64,000 nt of DNA, from assembly GCA_963777605.1 (NCBI GenBank), contig CAVZRV010000031.1:32001-96000 (forward strand), in the 5' to 3' direction. Position numbers and translations under genes: made by a program. This document shows positions 59,175 to 64,000 of this stretch, in pieces (position 1 is the stretch's first letter; the number at the start of each line of letters is the position of its first letter). The notes under the pieces were generated by a model, which saw nothing but the letters and a program-made list of their open reading frames with translations, searched no databases and was not told where the DNA came from. Origin of the DNA: an uncultured Acidobacteriota bacterium (GTDB taxonomy: Bacteria; Acidobacteriota; UBA6911; RPQK01; JAPXNP01).

Positions 59175-60815
59175 ATGAAGCGTCCTTGGTATCCGGTTCT
59201 CATCGTCGCCATTCTCTCTTCGCTCTTAGGCCCGGTTGCGAGGGCCCAGAATGACCATGAACTGCGGGCCGAGGAGCGGGAGGACTACTTCAGGAAGTGG
59301 GTCGATGAAGACGTCGTTTACATTATTCTTCCGGAAGAGCGGGAGATCTTCCAGAAGTTGACGACCGATGACGAAAAAGACAGATTCATCGAACAGTTCT
59401 GGCTGCGCCGTGACCCGGATCCGAGAACTGCGGTGAATGAATTCAAGGAGGAGCATTACCGCCGGATCGCTTACGCAAACGAGAACTTCAAGAGCGGGTT
59501 TGCCGGTTGGAAAACCGATCGTGGCCGAATCTACATCATCCACGGTCCACCCGACGAAAAGGAGTCGTATCCCACGGGCGGCAACTACGAGCGGAGGGAC
59601 TACGAAGGGGGTGGTTTCACCAACGTGTATCCCTTCGAGCGCTGGTGGTATCGCCACCTTCCGGGAGTTGGCTCCGACGTAGAGATGGAATTCGTCGATC
59701 CCCGGATGAGTAACGAGTATTACCTGGCCGTCAATCCTGAGGAAAAGGACGCTCTTCTGAACGTGCCGGGTGGCGGACCCACGATGGCTGAAGACATCGG
59801 TCTTCGGGCTAAGAAGGATCGGCCATATTTCGTGTCGAACTACGGCGACTGGTATCCCGGAATCAACTCCAGGGCCAGGGACGACCCGATGCGCCGATAT
59901 GACAACTACTTCCAGGTCCAGAAGCCGCAACCGCTCAAATATCCAGACCTGAAGCGGATCGTCAACGTCGACATTTCTTACAGCGATCTCCCCTTCGATG
60001 TTCGCGAAGACTACTTCAAAGTTTCCGGAAATGAGGTGCTTGCTCCTATTACCATCCAATTCCAGAACAAGTTTCTGTCACCCAAAGAAAAGGATGGAAG
60101 ATTCTCCATCGATCTGGCGGTATACGGGGCTGTCACCAGCCTGGCAAACAAGGTCGTCTTCGAATTTGAAGATGAGGTGAGCGCTACCTATCGTCCGGAG
60201 GAGCTTCAGCAGGGACTCCTGGAACGGTCGATGTATCAGAAGATCATCCCGATTCGCTCCAACCTTCGATATAAGGTTGACCTGGTTGTAAAGGACCTCA
60301 ACGGCAACAAAGTCGGGGTTCGCCAGAAAGCGCTGATTCCGCCGCCATTCACAAGCGAATTGCTGCAGTCCAGCTCTCTGGTCCTTTCCGGGTTCATCCA
60401 AAGTGTCGACCAGGCAGCGGCCAATGACCCGGATCAGATGTTCGTACTCGGTGACGTCCGCATGCGTCCCAGCGTTGACAGGGATTTCCTGTCGATCGAT
60501 CCCTTGGGTGTTTACCTTCAACTCTACAACGTCGGACTTGATCAAAGCCGAAATGTTCCTGATTTGCGAATCGAATACAAGGTCACTTCCGGGGAACAGG
60601 CCGTGAGGGAGGTCGTTGAGACGAAGGGTGAGTCGATTCACTTTGCTTCACCGGACCGCGTCGTTTTAATCAAAGGCGTTTCGCTTGCCGGCCTGCAGCC
60701 AGGTCGCTACTCACTCGAAGTGAGAGTGGACGATCTCGTTACTCATCAGCAAGTCTCGCGCTCAGCGGATTTTCAAATCGGTGAAGCAGCCCCGCCCGGG
60801 TCCTCCAGTCAGTAG
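59175..60815 (+). CDS. GWxTD domain protein
   Basis: KWVDEDVVYII, FIEQFWLRRDP, EEHYRRIAYAN, GWKTDRGRIYIIHGPPD; signal peptide; C-terminal Ig-like domains. Confidence 0.92.
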   Translation: MKRPWYPVLIVAILSSLLGPVARAQNDHELRAEEREDYFRKWVDEDVVYIILPEEREIFQKLTTDDEKDRFIEQFWLRRDPDPRTAVNEFKEEHYRRIAYANENFKSGFAGWKTDRGRIYIIHGPPDEKESYPTGGNYERRDYEGGGFTNVYPFERWWYRHLPGVGSDVEMEFVDPRMSNEYYLAVNPEEKDALLNVPGGGPTMAEDIGLRAKKDRPYFVSNYGDWYPGINSRARDDPMRRYDNYFQVQKPQPLKYPDLKRIVNVDISYSDLPFDVREDYFKVSGNEVLAPITIQFQNKFLSPKEKDGRFSIDLAVYGAVTSLANKVVFEFEDEVSATYRPEELQQGLLERSMYQKIIPIRSNLRYKVDLVVKDLNGNKVGVRQKALIPPPFTSELLQSSSLVLSGFIQSVDQAAANDPDQMFVLGDVRMRPSVDRDFLSIDPLGVYLQLYNVGLDQSRNVPDLRIEYKVTSGEQAVREVVETKGESIHFASPDRVVLIKGVSLAGLQPGRYSLEVRVDDLVTHQQVSRSADFQIGEAAPPGSSSQ

Positions 60816-61285
60816 ACGGTTGTTCCGGCGACCCAACTTCAAGCTGGCCACGTCCCTGAAACTTCGGTTGAAACACCAAGGCGCCAAGGCCGCGCAGTTG
60901 ACTCTTGTTTCGGATCTAACGAGCACCAAGAGTTGCCCCCGCCCCCCCCTCAACCCGATCCGGCTCTGACGGGCCATCAAATCTCCGGACGGATTCGCCT
61001 GCGAGCGACCTCGACCTCAGTCCCAGGGTACTGGGCTGCAACCAAAGGCGCTTGCAGCGCCATATCCCGTCTCCGGCTTCTCTTTCTGAATGTTACGGCG
61101 TGGATGGTCACGAGGATGGGACACCTCAGTTCTTGGAGGACCAGCCGCCCATTCATGGCATTTCCGGCAGAAGGAGCAATGTAGACGGGATTAGTCGAGT
61201 GACCGACTCGGTGAGGCGGGGCGGACTGGAGGGATAATCCGCCCCGGTGCGGAAGCGTTCTGATCTTGGGGGTGAAGACAAGCAC

Positions 61286-61321
61286 ATTCGGGGCCGACTG
61301 GTTAACCAGTCGGCCCCGAAT
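61286..61321. terminator. Perfect 36-bp palindrome downstream of the TonB-dependent receptor gene
   Basis: ATTCGGGGCCGACTGGTT|AACCAGTCGGCCCCGAAT, 12 nt after the stop codon. Confidence 0.65.
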
Positions 61322-61333
61322 CGGAGAAGCCGA

Positions 61334-64000
61334 TCAGAACGTGTAGTACAAGGAGAGCTGGACCTGCCGAGCCGGCCGGGTACTGCCGATGCGGCCGTAG
61401 TTCGAACTGTTCAGAGCGGTCGTCGCGGTTCCCCACTGCGTGTGGTTGAAAATGTTGAACAGCTCACCCCGGAACTCGACCCTCTGGTCTTCGGTAATTG
61501 GAAAGAACTTCTTAAGCGTAATATTCCAATTGTTGATGCCTGGATCGTTGATCAGACCCTGCGCGGCAGTCCCCCAGCGTCCGAAATCAGGGACCGTGAA
61601 GCAGGCCGTGTTGAACCACTGGAAGCGGTCGCCCGTCCCAGCGCCGATGTCACAGCCGTTGACCCGATCGGCGTTCTGGCTGCCGACTCCGGTCCCGGTG
61701 TTATCCGTGTAACTGGCGGTCTTGGGTGCACCTGTGGAAAATTCCGTAATGCCGCTCATGACCCATCCCCCGGCTAAAACATTCGCCACACCACTTAAGT
61801 CAAACCTCCGTCCTTGCCCAAAGGGAAACTCGTACGACCAGGCACTGACGTTGCGGACGGTCGGAATGAACTCCGAACGGCCTCTCCAGATGTCGTAGTA
61901 CTTGTAGTGCGGATTTCCCCGATCGCTGCCGATCAGGCTCTGACTGGTCGTGAGGTTCTTCGCCCAGGTGAAGTTCGACATGAACGAGAACCCCTTCCAG
62001 TCGCGGTTTCTGACTCCGGCGGTCATCGACTCGTACTTGGCGGACCCCCAAGGGACCCAACTGTCGATGTTTCCCCAGCCCACCAGTCTGCGTCGATCCT
62101 GGAGCGGAACATCTGCCAGATCGCCCTGCGGCAGGTCCCCGGGGTTCAACTGAACCCACTGTGAATTGTGAATCGTGTGAGATCCCATGTAGTCAAAACT
62201 CAACGCCCAACTCGCATTCAGGCGGTGCTGGACACTCAGGGACCACTGGTACACCGCCGGTGTCGGATACTCTCTCTGCCCCAAGATTCGCGCGGCTTGC
62301 GGGGGATCGTTATAGGCCTGCGGGATCTCCGTGGCTACCGGCGCCGGGTACATATCCTGCACCACCAGCGGTGGGAGTTGCTCGGCCCGGCTCGTCAACT
62401 GGCCGCCCTGAAGTGTGAAGGGAGGTCCCCCGGATTGGTTGTCCGACATCTGGTTGGTGTTGATATTCCCGGCGTAGAAGATTCCTCCTGCGGCCCGAAC
62501 GACGGTCTCCGGGGTCAGGGTGTAAGCAAACCCGATCCGCGGTGCAAGATTCAGGTTGCTGGTCACATAGCCCTGCCTCGGCACGTCCGAATTGAGAGGA
62601 GCATTTCTGCCATATTCCTTTGACGGATCAAAGACATCAAAGGGATTCTCGAGTGCGTAAACCAGTTGACCATCACCACTGAAGTCGAACGTGGTAGCGC
62701 TGTTGCGCGGAAGCGTCCAGGGTCGCCAGTACTCGTAGCGAAGCCCCATGTTGAGGGTAAGCCTCCGGCTGACCTGCCAGGTATCCTGGAAATAGGTCCC
62801 GAAGTACTTTTGTTGTCCGTTCCAGTCGACGGCCCTCAATTGCAGGTCCACCAGGTTCGTCGCGCCCAGCATCATGTCGCCCAGGGCCAGACCTCCCAGA
62901 TTCTGCCCCGGCGCCATCGCGCTTTCACAGACAGAGTTTCCAAGCGGGCAGGCGGCGGTGTAGGTGTTGAGAAACGCGAAGCGCCCCTTGTCGACCGACT
63001 GGATCAAATAATAGAGCCGTCGGTCGGTCATATGGGCCCCAAATTTGAAGGAGTGCGTTCCCCGGGTGAAGCTGATATCGTCCTTCGCCTGGTAGGTGTT
63101 TTGCGTTGGATCCCAGACGAACAGGCCCGAGTCTCCAACGGTGAAGTCCGTCACGCTGATGTTGGGAGACCCTCCGAGGCTGGACATATTCTTGAGTCCC
63201 ATTTCGGCTGCAACGTCCGGAACGTCTGTGATCGGGCGTCCGATACCCCATTTCGGCCGGGAATACGAAACCGAGAGGGCATTGATCATGGTCGGGCTGA
63301 TCACCTGATTCCAGTTCACAACGACGCTGTGCGAAGAGGCGGGCGTACTCTCCCCATCCAGGGGCGGAAGCAAACCCTGGTTCTGGGCCTTCCTCTCTCC
63401 GAAGGTATAGCGACCATAGATCAGCGTATTTTCACTCTTCTGCCAGTCGATCCGGCCCGTGTACTGCTTTTCATCCATCTCGGTTCGCGTCAGACCCGAG
63501 TATTGCGGGATCCCGTCAATAATTGTGTTGGGTAACTGGGTGTATTTCAACAGGCTGACCATCGCCGGGTCCAGCAGATCGGTTGGAATCTTGTTATTGG
63601 GAAACGGCCTGCGCAATCCCGTATCCGGATCGAAGTCATAAGGATTGTAAACCGTGGGCGGGTCTCCCAACTGACCCGGTGCAGTGAAAAGCTGAGTCTC
63701 CGAGAAGTCTCCATTGCGCTCCAGTTGCGTCGGGGTCCTGGTGTTTCCCTGGACGGCCTGGCGCAGGCGAGAGCCTTCATAATTAGCGAAAAACAGGAGC
63801 TTGTCCTTGATAATCGGGCCACCCACGGTGGCGCCAAACTTGTTGCGCTTGTATTCAGGAAGGGCATTCCCCGCCAGATTGGTGAAGAAGCCATTCGCAT
63901 CCAGGGCGTCATTACGGTGTTCCCAAAACGCTTCTCCGTGAAACTGATTGGTTCCGCTCTTGGTAATGACATTGACCCCGTTCGATCCGTAGCCGAATTC
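61334..64000 (-). CDS. Oar-like TonB-dependent receptor (5' end outside window)
   Basis: Frame open to the window edge; VITKSGTNQFHG, GGPIIKDKLLFF, QDTW..LTLNMGLRYE, APRIGFAY, FRGELFNIFNH, C-terminal Phe. Confidence 0.93.
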   Translation of the reverse strand, partial: EFGYGSNGVNVITKSGTNQFHGEAFWEHRNDALDANGFFTNLAGNALPEYKRNKFGATVGGPIIKDKLLFFANYEGSRLRQAVQGNTRTPTQLERNGDFSETQLFTAPGQLGDPPTVYNPYDFDPDTGLRRPFPNNKIPTDLLDPAMVSLLKYTQLPNTIIDGIPQYSGLTRTEMDEKQYTGRIDWQKSENTLIYGRYTFGERKAQNQGLLPPLDGESTPASSHSVVVNWNQVISPTMINALSVSYSRPKWGIGRPITDVPDVAAEMGLKNMSSLGGSPNISVTDFTVGDSGLFVWDPTQNTYQAKDDISFTRGTHSFKFGAHMTDRRLYYLIQSVDKGRFAFLNTYTAACPLGNSVCESAMAPGQNLGGLALGDMMLGATNLVDLQLRAVDWNGQQKYFGTYFQDTWQVSRRLTLNMGLRYEYWRPWTLPRNSATTFDFSGDGQLVYALENPFDVFDPSKEYGRNAPLNSDVPRQGYVTSNLNLAPRIGFAYTLTPETVVRAAGGIFYAGNINTNQMSDNQSGGPPFTLQGGQLTSRAEQLPPLVVQDMYPAPVATEIPQAYNDPPQAARILGQREYPTPAVYQWSLSVQHRLNASWALSFDYMGSHTIHNSQWVQLNPGDLPQGDLADVPLQDRRRLVGWGNIDSWVPWGSAKYESMTAGVRNRDWKGFSFMSNFTWAKNLTTSQSLIGSDRGNPHYKYYDIWRGRSEFIPTVRNVSAWSYEFPFGQGRRFDLSGVANVLAGGWVMSGITEFSTGAPKTASYTDNTGTGVGSQNADRVNGCDIGAGTGDRFQWFNTACFTVPDFGRWGTAAQGLINDPGINNWNITLKKFFPITEDQRVEFRGELFNIFNHTQWGTATTALNSSNYGRIGSTRPARQVQLSLYYTF

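Noticed and set aside
60816-61285. 470-bp intergenic region with small ORFs, a C-rich run and short hairpins
   Set aside because: No recognisable tRNA, ncRNA or coding signature; an Rfam/Infernal scan would be needed.
1-64000. CRISPR array, rRNA or tRNA genes
   Set aside because: No regularly spaced repeats or RNA gene signatures noticed by eye; not excluded computationally.

Overview
GC-rich bacterial DNA from a diderm host; an Oar-type TonB-dependent receptor and a GWxTD protein suggest Acidobacteriota (inference). The window has three parts. (1) 0.1-19.8 kb: a compact minus-strand contractile injection system (CIS) operon encoding a Pvc16-like cap, sheath, tube, a low-complexity protein, tube initiator/LysM, VgrG-like spike, PAAR-like tip, gp25, baseplate J carrying an Asp-box beta-propeller and gpI. 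It ends in a bitopic Ig-like/TM/2xPASTA protein and a frameshifted Cys-rich membrane protein. It converges on a plus-strand cluster of envelope proteins: an NHL-like lipoprotein, an NlpC/P60 hydrolase, two lipoprotein caspases (one with 3 PASTA domains), a Cys-rich mini-protein, a CREST/ceramidase-like hydrolase and two membrane proteins. This CIS-PASTA-caspase locus is the best candidate for an undescribed system. (2) 20.0-23.4 kb: a degraded IS6-bounded module with HigB/HigA-ImmA, a truncated PLD-like gene and an integrase fragment. (3) 23.5-64 kb: sugar-acid, amino-acid and glycan catabolic genes, a GWxTD protein and a partial TonB-dependent receptor. All calls come from motif recognition by eye; no database searches were run.
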